This document shows, piece by piece, positions 62,667 to 64,000 of a stretch of 64,000 nt of DNA. Position numbers and translations under genes: made by a program. Under the pieces are notes generated by a model. That model saw only the letters and a program-made list of their open reading frames with translations. It was not told the origin of the DNA and searched no databases. The stretch covers positions 3,844,001-3,908,000 of the forward strand of contig NC_043002.1 of assembly GCF_006345805.1 (NCBI RefSeq), in the 5' to 3' direction. This DNA comes from Octopus sinensis. Taxonomy: Eukaryota. Each line of letters starts with the position of its first letter. Positions within the stretch are counted from its first letter, which is position 1.

Positions 62667-64000
62667 CCTGTAGTCACCCGTATAGTTAATCAGGTGATAC
62701 ACAAAGGAGTCATACCCAATGACTGGTATAGCAGCATAATAGTCAACTGCTACAAAGGTAAAGGTGACGCCCTAGATACAAATAACTACAGAGGTATCAA
62801 GCTGTTGGATCAGGTGATGAAGGTTACGGAGAGGGTCATAGCCCAACTAATTAGAGAGAGAGTTAGTTTAGATGAGATGCAGTTTGGGTTTGTGCCAGGG
62901 AAAAGTACTACTGATGCTATATTCCTGGTAAGGCAGCTGCAGGAGAAATACCTAGCCAAAGATAAGCCCCTGTACCTGGCTTTTGTGGACATGGAGAAAG
63001 CCTTCGACAGGGTCCCCCGATCCCTTATCTGGTGGGCAATGAGGAAACTAGGGATAGATGAATGGTTAGTGAGAGCTGTGCAGGCCATGTATAGGGACGC
63101 TGCTAGTAGGGTGAGGGTTGGAAACGAGTACAGTGAAGAATTCTGGGTAGAGGTAGGGGTCCACCAAGGCTCAGTACTCAGCCCCCTCCTATTTATCATA
63201 GTCCTCCAGGCAATAACGGAGGAATTCAAGACAGGATGCCCTTGGGAGCTCCTCTATGCTGATGACCTTGCTCGAATTGCTGAGTCGCTATCAGAACTGG
63301 AGAAGTTTCAGGTGTGGAAACAAGGATTAGAATCGAAGGGCCTCAAAGTCAATCTAGCTAAAACCAAAGTCGTAATCAGTAGGAAGGTAGACAAATCACA
63401 ACCGCCTTCAGGTAGATGGCCCTGCTCGATCTGTAGAAAAGGTGTAGGTAGAAACTCTATAAGATGCACCAAGTGTAAGCTATGGACACATAAGAGGTGC
63501 AGCAATGTCAAAGGAAGGCTAACTAGGAAGATGGTTTTTGTATGTGGCAGATGCTCAGGAACAATAAACACTGAAAATGCTCTGAGACCAACTTCCGTCA
63601 CTTTCCAGGGAGAAAAACTAGAAATAGTTGATAGTTTCCGTTACCTAGGTGACCAAGTCAGCAGCGGGGGCGGGTGTGCTGAAAGTGTAACTGCTAGAGT
63701 AAGAATAGCTTGGGCAAAGTTCAGAGAGCTCTTACCTCTGCTGGTGACAAAAGGCCTCTCGCACAGAGTGAAAGGCAGACTGTATGATGCGTGTGTACGA
63801 ACAGCCATACTACATGGCAGTGAAACATGGGCCGTGACTGCTGAGGATATGCGTAAGCTCGCAAGAAATGAAGCCAGTATGCTCCGATGGATGTGTAATG
63901 TCAGTACTCATACTCGGCAGAGTGTAAGTACCTTGAGAGAAAAGCTGGACCTAAGAAGCATCAGTTGTGGTGTGCAAGAGAGACGTTTGCGCTGGTATGG
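62667..64000 (+). mobile_element. RTE-clade LINE, 5'-truncated, uninterrupted RT ORF running off the window
   Basis: NYRGIKL, QFGFVPGKSTTDA, FVDMEKAFDRV, GVHQGSVLSP, LYADD, FRYLGD, LHGSETW; 444 codons with no stop; Cys/His cluster inside the RT. Confidence 0.95.

Overview
AT-rich, repeat-saturated animal genomic DNA. The tRNA-derived SINE families and microsatellite density point to an octopus or other coleoid cephalopod (inference, no search run). Two spliced host genes are supported. (1) On the + strand, the first five coding exons of a retinoid-inducible serine carboxypeptidase (SCPEP1/RISC, peptidase S10) lie at 41889-62153, and the gene continues beyond the window. (2) On the - strand, an unannotated small secreted-protein gene lies at 7382 to 283 and continues beyond the left edge. 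It has a TATA box, a 4-nt first coding exon (phase 1) and then phase-0 introns, a signal peptide, Cys residues and N-glycosylation sequons. By eye it resembles long-chain four-helix cytokines (LIF/CNTF/IL-6/GH type); this is the main hypothesis to test. The rest is mobile DNA: a near-intact Penelope-like element (RT + GIY-YIG) with an inverted terminal repeat, several decayed Penelope copies and two canonical-looking type I hammerhead ribozymes. There is also an uninterrupted RTE LINE RT ORF, an R4/Dong-like remnant, mariner, DD37D, piggyBac and hAT MITEs, and non-autonomous Helitrons. Four SINE-like families and long microsatellites fill much of the remainder, along with a 270-bp perfect palindrome and microsatellite-bounded tandem duplications. 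All translations and alignments were done by eye; repeat boundaries are approximate unless TSDs/TIRs are quoted.
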